Of a stretch of 64,000 nucleotides of DNA, positions 30,452 to 41,394 are shown one piece after another. The notes beneath the pieces were generated by a model, which saw only the letters and a program-made list of their open reading frames with translations, was not told the origin of the DNA and did not search any database. Source of the stretch: an uncultured Spirochaetota bacterium (GTDB lineage Bacteria; Spirochaetota; Spirochaetia; SZUA-6; Fen-1364). Both the position numbers and the translations under genes were made by a program. The stretch lies in the NCBI GenBank assembly GCA_963734545.1, contig CAVTHO010000007.1, positions 32,001 to 96,000 of the forward strand, read 5' to 3'. The first letter of the stretch is position 1; every line of letters starts with the position of its first letter.

Positions 30452-31768
30452 CTATTCTTTTTCGGCCACAGCCTGCAGGGCGTCCAGCTCGGCCTTGATG
30501 TCCTTGCCGGCAACAACGTTCTGGACCGCGACGCCCATCTGGTTGAAGACCGCGGGGCTGGAAACGCCGCGCGGCCCGGCCATGTTGTTGTTGGTGGTGT
30601 TGACGATGGCATCCACGCCGTCGGATGAGGCCTTGTCCTGGTAGATGCTCTTGTCCAGGGAAACTCCCTTGAGCGAGGGAATCAGGCCCGCGCCGGGGCG
30701 TCCCGTCTGGTATGTGCGGCCGTCGCCGACCAGCATGTAGTCGAGCAGCTTGAGCGCGGCGTCCAGCCTGGCACGGTCCCTGGACAGGTTCTTGTTGAGA
30801 GCGATCCCGGTGTCGATACCGCCAAGGACCACTGGCGCGCCTCCGGCAAAATTCGGAACCGGGAAGGCGCCGAAGACATCATTGTCTGTTGCGCGGCCGC
30901 CGCGGCGGTCGGCATAGGGCTTGCCCTCGGCGTTGACGTTCTTTGGATTGGACAACATGCCGATGGCCCAGCCGCCGTTGATATGCATGGCTGCTTTCCC
31001 GTCCGCCCACATCCCGATGGAATCTTCGTACACGGAGACGCCAAGGGAGTTCTTATCGATGACGCCCTGGTCGACCAGGCTCCGAAGGAGAGTCATGGCC
31101 TTGACGAACTGCGGGGCGTTCCATTTCACCTTGCCCTGGTCTGCCTTCTCGGTGATTCCTTTCTCGACCATGTTGGCGAAGAGAGAGAAGACGTCGCCGT
31201 TGAACCAGCCATCCTTCAATCCGATCGTGAGGGGAAGCTTGTCGGGAAAGGCTTTCTTGAGCCTTGCAATGGCGTCTTTCAAGCTTGCCAGGTCGGTCGG
31301 CAGCCTGGTGATGCCGGCCTTCTGGAAATAGGTGGCGTTGTAGTAAATGAACATGGTAGCCGCTGAGCCGAGAGGCGCAATGGCGATCATGTTGCCGCCT
31401 GAGCGGACCCTTGCGTCCGCGACGACCGCCGGAACGAGCTTGTCGAGGGTGGGCTTGGCGATCGTGGTCAGGTCAAGCGCAAAAGCCTTGTACTGCGACA
31501 GAAGGGGCCCGGGCTGCACGGAAAAGATATCCGGGCCGGCCCCTGACGAGAACTCGGCCTGCAGCTTGGCTTTGTAGTCGTCCATCTGGTTCACGCTGGA
31601 CTGCAGCTCGATGCCGGGATACCTGGCCTCGAATCCCTTCTTGATCACGACGAAGTCCTCGACGGTCGGAAGGGACCACGTCCACCAGGTCAGAACGACC
31701 TTGTCTGCCGCGGACAGCGTGAAAGCGAGCACGACGCACAGAACAAGGGAGACGCCGAATTTCTTCAT
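30452..31768 (-). CDS. Sugar ABC transporter substrate-binding protein
   Basis: Signal peptide MKKFGVSLVLC; GPDIF; IYYNATYFQKAGI; GKAAMHINGGW. Confidence 0.9.
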   Translation of the reverse strand: MKKFGVSLVLCVVLAFTLSAADKVVLTWWTWSLPTVEDFVVIKKGFEARYPGIELQSSVNQMDDYKAKLQAEFSSGAGPDIFSVQPGPLLSQYKAFALDLTTIAKPTLDKLVPAVVADARVRSGGNMIAIAPLGSAATMFIYYNATYFQKAGITRLPTDLASLKDAIARLKKAFPDKLPLTIGLKDGWFNGDVFSLFANMVEKGITEKADQGKVKWNAPQFVKAMTLLRSLVDQGVIDKNSLGVSVYEDSIGMWADGKAAMHINGGWAIGMLSNPKNVNAEGKPYADRRGGRATDNDVFGAFPVPNFAGGAPVVLGGIDTGIALNKNLSRDRARLDAALKLLDYMLVGDGRTYQTGRPGAGLIPSLKGVSLDKSIYQDKASSDGVDAIVNTTNNNMAGPRGVSSPAVFNQMGVAVQNVVAGKDIKAELDALQAVAEKE

Positions 31769-31833
31769 ACCTCTTTCTCCTTTCATCAAATCCCTGGATT
31801 TCAAGACATAGTAGATCATAGCTTCCTTGAATC

Positions 31834-31847
31834 TGCAAGCGCTTTCA
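31834..31847. promoter_or_regulatory. LacI-type operator TGCAAGCGCTTTCA
   Basis: Pseudo-palindrome with central CG, between the divergent SBP and lacI genes; a second site GGTAAGCGTTTTCA lies at ~31956-31969. Confidence 0.65.
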
Positions 31848-32000
31848 GTATATTTTCTACTCGTTTACAGTTATGAAAACCCGTTCTTTCCTGCATAAGT
31901 GAGAATCTGGAAGAACATGGCACTTGACAGCATATGCAACGAAAGGTTAGTAGATGGTAAGCGTTTTCAGCATCTCCTGGCCGGCTGGGAAGGATCGACA

Positions 32001-33023
32001 GTGACCATTAATGACATAGCCAACGAGGCAGGCGTTTCGATCGCCACGGTTTCGAGGGTGATCAACGACAAGTCCGTCCGGAACACCTCTCGTGCCAAGG
32101 TCGAGGCCGCCATACAGAAGCTCAACTTCGTTCCGAATGCCTTTGCCCGCGGCCTCATGAGCAGGCGTTCGCAGACGGTCGGCACCCTGATTACCAGCGT
32201 CTCCAACACCTACTACATGGAAATCACCGAGGTGATCGAGCGCCGTTTCCGCGATCAAGGTTCGATGCTCTTCCTGTGCTCGACCAACGGCAGCTATCTG
32301 CTGGAGCAGGAGTACATCAGAAACCTGATCGCGCGGCAGGTCGAGGGAATCGTCGTCATAGATCCATCGATAGAGAACTACTCCAATGGGCTGTTCGGCC
32401 GCACTGCCAGCCGCATGCCCCTGGTGCTGCTGCATTCCTGGTCGGAGGTCAACGGCTTGAACGCCGTTTCAATCGACCAGGAGCTGGGCATGGTGCGAGT
32501 GATGCAGCACTTCTGGGAAATGGGTCACCGAAAGATAGCTTTTCTTCGAGGGGCTGTCGGCCATTCCTACGACATAAAGGAAAACCGGTGGCGGGATTTC
32601 CTCTCCGAACACGGCTGCCCCTGTCGACCGGAGTTTCTCGTAGTGATCGCCCAGGGGAACAGCGAGGAAGCAATCCCTCTGGCACGTGACGCCTGCAGGA
32701 CCCTCCTCTCGCGTCCGGCCGTCGAACGGCCGAGCGCGATATTCGCCTGCAACGACCTGATGGCTTTGGGAGTCATGGCCGCAGCCAATTCCCTCGGTAT
32801 CAGGATCCCGGAGGAGTTGTCGGTGATCGGGCACGACAACACGGCGCTTTCCCTGGCCTGTAATCCGCCGCTGTCCTCGGTGGACCTGAAGCTGAAGAGC
32901 CTGGGCAATGCCGCGGTTGACCTTCTGCAGCACGCCATGAACCCGAAAGATCCCGAACCGCGGCGCGTCCTCCTCGAACCGGAGCTGGTGATCCGTGGAT
33001 CGAGCGGACCTTTCCTCAAGTGA
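32001..33023 (+). CDS. LacI-family transcriptional regulator (paralogue of 24713-25750)
   Basis: VTINDIANEAGVSIATVSRVIN; shares SYDIKE and EPRRV motifs with the other LacI. Confidence 0.95.
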   Translation: MTINDIANEAGVSIATVSRVINDKSVRNTSRAKVEAAIQKLNFVPNAFARGLMSRRSQTVGTLITSVSNTYYMEITEVIERRFRDQGSMLFLCSTNGSYLLEQEYIRNLIARQVEGIVVIDPSIENYSNGLFGRTASRMPLVLLHSWSEVNGLNAVSIDQELGMVRVMQHFWEMGHRKIAFLRGAVGHSYDIKENRWRDFLSEHGCPCRPEFLVVIAQGNSEEAIPLARDACRTLLSRPAVERPSAIFACNDLMALGVMAAANSLGIRIPEELSVIGHDNTALSLACNPPLSSVDLKLKSLGNAAVDLLQHAMNPKDPEPRRVLLEPELVIRGSSGPFLK

Positions 33024-33172
33024 CGCTCCCCTGGGAAGGCAGGCCCGCTGCGCGAACTCGTTGCAGATCCGGTTGCATGGAGCAATCTTCATTGCAGGGC
33101 ATGCAAGCCGACTGCCCGGCAACCATGGGACTAATTCTTTCAATCAGGAAGAAATAGCGCAGCTGCCTCTTT

Positions 33173-33187
33173 TGGCATGGATCTTGT
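33173..33187 (+). promoter_or_regulatory. Possible sigma54 promoter of the GH1 gene
   Basis: TGGCAT-GGATC-TTGT (imperfect -12); TGCA-containing repeats about 100 bp upstream. Confidence 0.4.
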
Positions 33188-33211
33188 TTGTGATTGGGCG
33201 GGAGCGCAAGC

Positions 33212-34573
33212 ATGATCAAAGTGACATTTCCTGAAAAGTTCACCTGGGGCGTATCCACCTCCGCTTACCAGGTCGAGGGGTACCCGCTCGAGAATGGAGC
33301 CTGTCCCTCCAACTGGCACGAGTTCACCCATTTGCCCGGAAAGGTCATGGATGGCACGAATGGGGACATCGCCTGTGACCACTATCACCGGTACCCGGAG
33401 GATATCAGGACCATGGCCGAGATGGGGCTGAAGGGATATCGCTTCTCGATAGCCTGGACCCGGATAGTTCCTGAGCCGGGAACGATCAGCCAGAAAGGCC
33501 TCGATTTCTACGACCGGTTCATCGATGCCATTCTCGACGCGGGAATCCAGCCATGGGCGACCATCTTTCATCTCGAAGAACCGCTGTGGATTGCACGCTC
33601 GGGGGGCATGAGGAACCGCGCTTCCGTCGACTTCCTCGTGGATTTCGGCACTGCCCTGATGCGCCGGTTCGGTGACCGGGTGAAGAACTGGATCACCGTC
33701 AACGAGCCCACGATCTATGCCTGGTCCTGCTTTGCCATCGGAGAGTTCCCGCCCGGGCGGAAGAACGACCTGCGGGGAATGCTCCGTTCGATTCACCACC
33801 TGCTTCTCGCGCACGCCCGGCTGTCCGACGCATTCTCCTCGCTCGTGTCCGGCGGCATGATCGGCCTGGCCCATCATTTTCTCTGGGTATCGCCGGCAGA
33901 CCCCGCGCGGGAGAAGGACCTTGAAGCAGCCGCGTTCATGGATGATGCCGCAAACAGCATGGTTCTCGACCCCCTGTTCCGCGGCCGATACCCCCCGCGC
34001 GTTGCCAGAAAGCTCGGCAGATTCCTTCCGCGCGGTTTTGAAAGGGATCTCGCGGAGATGGGGAAGCCGGGCACCTACATAGGCATCAACTACTACACGC
34101 GTAACCGCTACCGCTACTCGTTCTTCATGCCGTTCCTGCACGCGACGGAATACATCGACCCTCACGCGCCCCGCAGCGGACAATGGGAGATCTACCCTCC
34201 GGGAATCTTCAAGGCGCTCATTCGCCTCAAGGACGAGTACAGGAACCTGCCCTGCGTCATCACCGAGAACGGCTACCCTGCACGGGAAACTACGGGGAGG
34301 GATCCGCTGGATGATCCTGAGCGGATCGCCTACCTGTCGGACCACGTCGCCATGGTCGGCAAGGCAATCGAGCAGGGCGTAGACTGCCGGGGATATTTCA
34401 TCTGGAGCCTGCTCGACAACTTCGAATGGAACTGGGGCTTGCAGATGCGCAATGGGCTCCTGCGGACGGATTACGCCACCCTTCAGAGGCAGTGGAAAAA
34501 GAGCGCCTACTGGTATCGGGACCTCGCGCGGAGGAACTGGCTGGAGATCGACAAGCTGCCGGTAGAGTCCTGA
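33212..34573 (+). CDS. Glycoside hydrolase family 1 beta-glucosidase
   Basis: FTWGVSTSAYQVEG, TVNEP (acid/base), VITENG (nucleophile), DNFEW. Confidence 0.95.
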   Translation: MIKVTFPEKFTWGVSTSAYQVEGYPLENGACPSNWHEFTHLPGKVMDGTNGDIACDHYHRYPEDIRTMAEMGLKGYRFSIAWTRIVPEPGTISQKGLDFYDRFIDAILDAGIQPWATIFHLEEPLWIARSGGMRNRASVDFLVDFGTALMRRFGDRVKNWITVNEPTIYAWSCFAIGEFPPGRKNDLRGMLRSIHHLLLAHARLSDAFSSLVSGGMIGLAHHFLWVSPADPAREKDLEAAAFMDDAANSMVLDPLFRGRYPPRVARKLGRFLPRGFERDLAEMGKPGTYIGINYYTRNRYRYSFFMPFLHATEYIDPHAPRSGQWEIYPPGIFKALIRLKDEYRNLPCVITENGYPARETTGRDPLDDPERIAYLSDHVAMVGKAIEQGVDCRGYFIWSLLDNFEWNWGLQMRNGLLRTDYATLQRQWKKSAYWYRDLARRNWLEIDKLPVES

Positions 34574-34587
34574 CGGACCGCGCAGCG

Positions 34588-35394
34588 CTATGAAACGTGA
34601 CGGGCCCGTGGATGCCGCGCGAAGTACTGGACCTCAACCCCCTGGAACTCGCTCGTGAGGTACTTTGCAAGGTTTTCGATGCCCCACATCTCAGAGGTTC
34701 CATGCTCTACCATCACGACTCCCACGCCGAGCTCCACGAAGCGCTCGCGGTCGCGCCAGTACCAGGCCCCGTCGTAGCAGACCACGAGCGCGTCCGCCCC
34801 ACGGTCGATCATGTCCTTGTCCGGTCCTCCGCAGCCGACTCCGATGGCGGGTCTCTTCACCTTCATTCCAGGATCGCCCAGTATCTCCACCCCATCCTGG
34901 CCAAGCGGCCTGACACGGGCGGCGACCTGCCGTGCGAATCCTTCAAGGGTCGTGGGTTCGATCGCGTAGACTGCGTGCCAGCCGCGCTGGATCTCCGCGT
35001 CCCCATTGTCCGCAACAAGATCGGTGAGCCCGAGCCCTTCCGCCCAGGAATCCCGAATGCCGATGCCGGGCCAGCCGTCCCAGATGTCGTGGCAACGCAG
35101 AACGACAATTCCTGTTTTCAGCAAGAACTGTCCCTTGGTCCTGCCCGGCTCGTCGATGCGGCACTGACCGTCCACGGGATCCAAATGGTCGTTGAAGGTC
35201 GGTTCGTGGGTAATGAACAGATCACAGCCGGCCTCGTGGGCGGCCAGGAGATCATAGCTCGTTGCCATCCAGCCCACGCCGATTTTCCGCACGGTTTTCA
35301 GTGGATCCCCGAACTTGACCGTGTCAACGGTGGTTTCCCTGTCTACCCACGGAGCGCGGGACAGGAGGTGCTCACGGATCTCGTTCGTATTCAC
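34588..35394 (-). CDS. Nif3-like (DUF34) dinuclear metal protein
   Basis: TVDTVKFGDP, LFITHEPTF, RCHDIWD and EHGTSE metal-ligand motifs; GTG start 8 bp after the permease stop. Confidence 0.75.
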   Translation of the reverse strand: MNTNEIREHLLSRAPWVDRETTVDTVKFGDPLKTVRKIGVGWMATSYDLLAAHEAGCDLFITHEPTFNDHLDPVDGQCRIDEPGRTKGQFLLKTGIVVLRCHDIWDGWPGIGIRDSWAEGLGLTDLVADNGDAEIQRGWHAVYAIEPTTLEGFARQVAARVRPLGQDGVEILGDPGMKVKRPAIGVGCGGPDKDMIDRGADALVVCYDGAWYWRDRERFVELGVGVVMVEHGTSEMWGIENLAKYLTSEFQGVEVQYFARHPRARHVS

Positions 35395-35402
35395 TGGCAG
35401 CC

Positions 35403-36257
35403 TCACCCTTTGAGCGAACCTGAGGTCACTCCACGAATGATGAACTTTTGTAGAAATAGGAAGAACACCACGATAGGAAGCATTCCCATGGTCAGCGTGG
35501 CCAGGGCATAATCCCACTGATTCTGATACTGGCCGAAGAAGCCGAATATGGCCAATGGAATCGTCTTGTTGCCGTCGCTGTAGATGACGAGCATCGGGAG
35601 CAGGAAATCGTTCCAGATCCAAAAAGTCTGCAGGATTGCCACTGTAGCGAGAATGGATTTCATGAGGGGCAGCACGATGGAGATGAACAGCGTCGGTGCT
35701 CCGGCCCCGTCCAGGTATGCCGACTCCTCGATCTCGCGGGGAACGGTCTTGGCGAAACCGTGCAGCAGGAATATGGGAAAGGGGATGCCGAAGCCTATGT
35801 AGATGATGATGAGCCCTATCCTGCTGTCCAGGAGACCGAGCAGGCTCGTGACCTTCATCATCGGTATCATGACCGATTGAAACGGCACAATCATTGCGGT
35901 CACGTAAAGTATGAAGATCATTTTGCTGAACCAGTGGGGTCGACGCACCATTCGCCACGCAGCCATCGCGCCGAACATCAACATGAAAAACAGGCTCGCG
36001 GTCGTGATGACGAACGAATTGAAGAATACCAGCGGGAAGTTGACCGTCTTGAACGCCACTGCGTAGTTCAGCAGCATCAACCGCTGGGGCGGTGAAGCCG
36101 CATCCTTGATGATCTCTCCGAAGGTCTTCAAGGAGTTCGCGGTCGTGAAATAGAATGGCGTCAGGAAGAGGAGTGCCAGGAGGGAAGTGATGACCGTGAG
36201 GATCGCCGCAGTGGAGGTCGACAGGGGGGAGGTGTGGACATGCTCGGTTGTGATCAC
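35403..36257 (-). CDS. Carbohydrate ABC transporter permease (MalG-like)
   Basis: EIEESAYLDGA; WIWNDFLLP. Confidence 0.9.
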   Translation of the reverse strand: MITTEHVHTSPLSTSTAAILTVITSLLALLFLTPFYFTTANSLKTFGEIIKDAASPPQRLMLLNYAVAFKTVNFPLVFFNSFVITTASLFFMLMFGAMAAWRMVRRPHWFSKMIFILYVTAMIVPFQSVMIPMMKVTSLLGLLDSRIGLIIIYIGFGIPFPIFLLHGFAKTVPREIEESAYLDGAGAPTLFISIVLPLMKSILATVAILQTFWIWNDFLLPMLVIYSDGNKTIPLAIFGFFGQYQNQWDYALATLTMGMLPIVVFFLFLQKFIIRGVTSGSLKG

Positions 36258-37134
36258 GCTTCGAACTCCAATCGCTTCGTGAGTGTCACCTGGACAAGCG
36301 TGATCGCCCCGACAACAATGAAGAACAAAATCGCCTTCGCTGCGCCTAGACCATAGTTGTTGTATTGGAAAGCCTCGTAGTAGATGTTCAGCGCGAGGGA
36401 TTCCGTCGAGTTGTAGGGTCCTCCTTTCGTCAAGGAGAAAAGAACGTCGAAAATCGACATCGACCACGACAGCATCAGGAAAATGCAGACCGTGAATGCC
36501 GGCATGATGAGCGGCATGGTGATCCGCCTGAACATCTGCAGCCAATTGGCTCCGTCAATGCGCGCCGATTCAAGGAGATGATCATCGATGCTCACAATGG
36601 CAGCGATGTAGACCACCATCAGGTAGCCGGCCGTTTTCCAGGTGAAGACTACCACGAGCGCCCAGAACCCGGTTTCCGGCGTGCCGAGCCACGGCAACTG
36701 GAGAATCCCGATGGGAATCAACTTTGCCAATGCCGGAATGCCGCTCGTGAAAATGAATCGCCAGACGAAGCCGAGGATAATGCCACCGATGATGTTGGGC
36801 AAGAAAAAAACGGCTCTGAGCGGCTTCGTGAACCTGATACGCTCCGTCAGGATGAGGGCGAGTACAAGGCCCAGGGCGTTGGAGACGATCGCGGCCGTAA
36901 AGGTGAACCTCAGCGTGAACCAGGCGGACTGTGCAACCTGCGTGTCCTCCTGGAATATCGTCCTGAAATTCTGGTGCCGACCCATTCGGCCAGGCGGCTC
37001 ACGCCATTCCAGGAAGTGAATGCATAATAGATGCCCAGGAAGAAGGACATCACGACGATAGAGATAAAAAAAATGAGCGCAGGCGACAAGAAGAGAATGT
37101 CGTTGCCGATCTCTCGACCCCTGTTCTTGACCAT
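36254..37134 (-). CDS. Carbohydrate ABC transporter permease (MalF-like; frameshift at ~36974)
   Basis: N-terminus MVKNRG...FTSWNG...WVG and C-terminus QNFRTIF...LESARIDGA...TKGGP are in different frames. Confidence 0.85.
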
Positions 37135-37208
37135 GAACTACCCTCGAAAAACAATACCGCCGCTGGCTGAGATCAGCAGCGGCGGGTGATAGATTTACGC
37201 AGCGCGCG

Positions 37209-38466
37209 TCATTTCTTGAGCCGGGCCCATTGTGCGTCCATCTTGGCCAGGGCGTCATCCCACGTCTGCTTTCCGCCTATGTACGCCTGGATATTGTTGG
37301 AGAACTCCTGTGGCATTCCGTCAGGGAACTGGCCGAACATCCAGGGGAGCACTCGATCTTGAGCGCCAGCGGTGAGGAGGTCCTTGCTGATGCCGCCGAG
37401 GCCCGAGGGCGCGATGTCTCCGTACGCCGGAATAAATCCGAACTGTTCCGTCAGGTATTTCTTGCCCGTGTCGGAGCTGACAAGCCAATTGAGGAATTTC
37501 CGGGCCGCCGCCTGGTTCTTTTCGGGTGAAGCCTTGTTGACGACAAAGTAGAACGGAACTCCCAAGGGGAGACGATTGGACTGCTTGGGATCATCCGTCA
37601 GGGGAATGGGGAAAACGCCGATCTCCATGTTCGGATCGACCTTCTGGATTTCGATCTCTTTCCAGTTGCCCTGCTGGATCATGGCCACCTGCCCGCTGGC
37701 AAAGAGCTGCGTCTGCTTGTTGTTGTCCGTGGTAAGCGGATTTTCCTCACCGAACTCGACGTTCAGGTCGATGATCCGCTTCATGTCTTCGAAGCGCGGA
37801 TTGCCGGCCATTTTGGCCGTGCCTTTGAACATTCCATCCATAAACGCCTGCGGATTGTCCTGCGCGGCGAATGCGATGTTTATTAGGTGCAGCCCGAGAA
37901 CCCACCACTCGCCGTAGCCGGTGGCGAATGGCGTATAGCCCGCCGTCTTGATTGCCTTCGCGGCCGCACGAAGCTCGCTGAACGTTCGAGGCGCCTGTGT
38001 GACGCCCGCTTTGCGGAAGATTGCCTTGCTATATATGTAGCCGTACCCCTCGAGGTTGACCGGGCATGCCCATGATCTTGCCGTTCAGGCGAAGACCTTC
38101 GCGCGCGAAGGGGACCGCGCGGGCCACCCAGGGCTCGCTGCTGAGGTCGCTCAGGTAGTCCTTGAAGACCACGGCCTGACCGGGGCCTTCGACGACGAAA
38201 ATGTCGGGTGCGGCATTCGCCGCGAACTTGCTCTTCAGAATGGTCATCCACTGGGCGCCGCCGCCGCGGATTTCGTTGGTGAAGACCACGTCCTTGTTCT
38301 CAGCCGCATAGGCATCGGTGAGTTCGTTCCAGGGAATGCCAACCTTGAAGTGGAAGATATGAAGATTCACCACTCCGCCGCTCTTCGCAGTATCCGACTG
38401 CCCGGCCGCGATCAGGAACGAAACACCGCCCAGCAGCAGTAATGCAGAGAATAATAGTCTTCTCAT
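37209..38466 (-). CDS. Sugar ABC transporter substrate-binding protein (MsmE-like; +1 frameshift at ~38061)
   Basis: MRRLLFSALLL signal; APDIF; GMP|VNLEGYGYIYSK restored by removing one base, then continuous to MIQQGNW. Confidence 0.85.
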
Positions 38467-38587
38467 CCTTGCCTCCTACTGTAGACATCTATGACATCAG
38501 TGAGAAATGACATCTGCATTGTTCTCCGTGAGGCGCAATCCGCCAGGCCTCTTTTCACCACCTCCTTCTTTCGCACTCGATCGAAAA

Positions 38588-40278
38588 TCACTTCTCATTG
38601 CTCAGCCTGTAGACAGATGCTTCGTACGGCGCCATGTCGGTGCTTTGCAAGAAATCGCGACCGTCAAGGTCATAGTTCGACAAAACGAGTTTCCCCTGGG
38701 TGCCATCGATTTCGCGGGGGATCTCGAAATGGACATTCGCCTTTGAGTAGTTCAGAGCGATGAGAAATTGCTCTCCCTCGCATTCCCGGAGGTAAGCGAA
38801 GATTCTTTCATCTTTTTCCGGGCAGGTTCCTGAAGGTTCCGTACATCAGCGCCCGAGCGCCTTTTCGCAGAGCAATCAGTTTCTTGTAGTACGAAAGCAC
38901 TGAATGCGGATCTTTTTCTGCCGCTTCAACGTTGATCGATGTGTGATTCGGGTTGACGCCAATCCAGGGCGTGCCCGAAGTGAAACCAGCGTTTCGTGAC
39001 GGGTCCCATTGCATCGGCGTTCTCGCGTTGTCCCGGGCTGCGGTATCGAATGATCTCCATGACGTCATTTTCATCGATTCCGTCTTTCATGCTCTTCTCG
39101 TAGTAATTGAGCGTATCCACATCCCTGTAGTCGTCTATCGAGGCGAAACTGCAGTTCGTCATCCCTATCTCTTCGCCTTGATAGATATAGGGCGTCCCTC
39201 TTAATGTCAGGAGAAGTGTCGCCAGCATCTTTGCCGACTGCAATTCATGGCCGCTCCCGCCTCCAAACCTGGACAAGGATCGCGGCTGATCATGGTTTGA
39301 AAAATAGATACCGCTCCATCCTTGACCCTCGAGATCCTCCTGCCATTTTACGATGATCTTTTTCAGATCGATCGGTGACCATTGGCCGTAATCCCATCTC
39401 CCATTCGGACCCCAATCCAGCTCAACGTGCTCGAACGGCAATACCATGCTGAGCTCTCCGTTCGTCTCATTGGTGAAACGCACTGCGTCTCCCGTGGATA
39501 TTTCGACGCACTCTCCGACCGTCATGACGTCGAGACCGGTTCAGCACCCTCGCCTTCATTTCGGTGAGAAACTCATGGAGCCGGGTTCGTTCACAAAGTA
39601 TCTGCCCGCCCATTTGTATCCGCCCGAAGAGCGCGGCATGACGTCGGGGAGGCCAGGAGCTTTTGACAGCACGTTGATGACATCCATGCGAAAGCCGTCG
39701 ATTCCTTTTCGAAGCCACCACGTCATCATCTTGAAGACTTCTTCGCGAACGTCTGCATTTTCCCAGTTGAGATCAGGCTGGCTGCGTGAGAAGAGATGCA
39801 GATAGTATTCCCCAGTCGCAGAATCAAGCTCCCAGGCAGACTCGGAGAAAAAGGACGCCCAGTTGTTTGGTTCCTGTTCGTCCTTTCCCGGTCTCCAGAT
39901 GTAGTAGTCCCGGTGTGCATTGTTCTTCGAGCTCCTGGATTCGATAAACCATGCATGTTGATCGGAGGTATGGTTCACGACCAGGTCCATGATGAGTTTC
40001 AGTCCTCGAGAGTGAATTGCATTCAGCAGGTCCTGCCAGTCTTGAAATGTGCCAAGCTCGGTCATGATGCTGTAGTAGTCGCTGATATCGTATCCTTGAT
40101 CCACGTTCGGCGAGGCATAGACGGGATTGAGCCATATGATGGTGACGCCGAGGTCCACGAGATAGTCCAGCTTCGACGCAATACCTCGAAGGTCGCCGAT
40201 GCCGTCTGAATTGCTGTCCGCAAAGCTCTTGGGATAAATCTGGTAAACGATTCCTTCCTTCCACCAGGTACGCTTCAT
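38588..40278 (-). CDS. GH13 alpha-glucosidase/oligo-1,6-glucosidase (MalL-like), four single-base frameshifts
   Basis: WWKEGIVYQIYPKSF, GIDGFRMDV, MTVGE, SNHDQPR, YQGEEIGM, RDNARTPMQW; indels at ~39583, 39535, 39035 and 38820. Confidence 0.9.
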
Positions 40279-40343
40279 CCCGCCTCCATGAATCTCGGCA
40301 TACGCAGCCGTGCCCGTCCCTGCGCGGAAAACAGGAAATTCAC

Positions 40344-41393
40344 CTATCTCCCCCTTCCTGCTCCACAGGTTTCGCGAACGATAAGCTCCGGCTCTATTAT
40401 CTCGCGAAGAGGCGTGTCTATCGGTTTGTCGTGAATCAGATCCAGAAGACGAGCACAGGCGAGCTCCGCCTGTTTTTCATGTGGTTGATGGATTGTCGTG
40501 AGGCGTGGACGGAAGTGCTTCCCGAGCTCAATATCATCATAGCCAATCACCGGTATGTCTGCGGGAACCCGTACACCCATTTTCGCGAGTCCCGCGATCA
40601 CGCCGATTGCAGTCAGGTCGGAATGGGCAAAGACAGCATCAATTTTCGAAAGCCGGCTCGATTTTTCACATATGGCATCGTAACCGAACTCATACGAGAC
40701 CTTTCCGCGGACAACAGTCAGCTCCTTGAGAGGCACTCCAAAGTCGGACAGGGCGGACCGGCACCCTTCCGTCCTGAGCTCAAACTGGCCGTCCTTGGCT
40801 GCCCTCTCCGTTAGCACGAGAATCCTTCGATGTCCCGCTCTGAGAAGATGCTCGGTGGCGAGATATCCTCCCCGATGATGATCGGTAAGAACGTAGTTGG
40901 TGTCTTTTTCGACGATTGAGGTCGGCACGACGTGGAGAAGCACGAATGGAATGCCGGATCGCTTCATGTGACTCCAGTCTATTGGTTCGATTTCAGGGAG
41001 CACTATGAGAAGACCGTCGACCTTCTTCTGCCATATGAGCTTTTGTATGTTGCTTGTCCCTGTCGAATGATTGAAGGGAAACGTGACGATGCTGTCCAGA
41101 GAACGAGCTTCCAGGCGGCGCCGAAGATCGTTCATAAGCAGTTCCAGGTAGAGAGAGTTCCTGTACTCGGCAAAGAAATCGGGGAAGATGATGCCGATGC
41201 TTCCCGTTCGTCGTGAACTCAAGCCACGTGCATTGGCATTGAAGTCAAAATGATGCCTTCTCGCAACCTTTCTGATGACCTGTTTCATCTCCTCGGAGAT
41301 AAGGGGACTGTCATTCAGACTTCGCGAGACAGTCGAATGGCTCACCCCGACGATTCTCGCGATATCCTTGACCGTGACAGGCGTCTTTCTCAT
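40344..41393 (-). CDS. LacI-family transcriptional regulator
   Basis: VTVKDIARIVGVSHSTVSRSLN; VIGYDD; LTTIHQP. Confidence 0.95.
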   Translation of the reverse strand: MRKTPVTVKDIARIVGVSHSTVSRSLNDSPLISEEMKQVIRKVARRHHFDFNANARGLSSRRTGSIGIIFPDFFAEYRNSLYLELLMNDLRRRLEARSLDSIVTFPFNHSTGTSNIQKLIWQKKVDGLLIVLPEIEPIDWSHMKRSGIPFVLLHVVPTSIVEKDTNYVLTDHHRGGYLATEHLLRAGHRRILVLTERAAKDGQFELRTEGCRSALSDFGVPLKELTVVRGKVSYEFGYDAICEKSSRLSKIDAVFAHSDLTAIGVIAGLAKMGVRVPADIPVIGYDDIELGKHFRPRLTTIHQPHEKQAELACARLLDLIHDKPIDTPLREIIEPELIVRETCGAGRGR

Positions 41394-41394
41394 C

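Noticed and set aside
34588-35958. 456-aa ORF suggesting an N-terminally extended Nif3 protein
   Set aside because: The extension is an off-frame reading of the upstream permease; the real start is GTG at 35394.
38484-38516. GACATC repeated three times upstream of the SBP gene
   Set aside because: Short and irregularly spaced; not distinguishable from chance.
38588-40278. GH13 gene as a true pseudogene or programmed frameshift
   Set aside because: All four indels are at CCGG, catalytic motifs are intact, and there are no slippery heptamers; sequencing error is more parsimonious.
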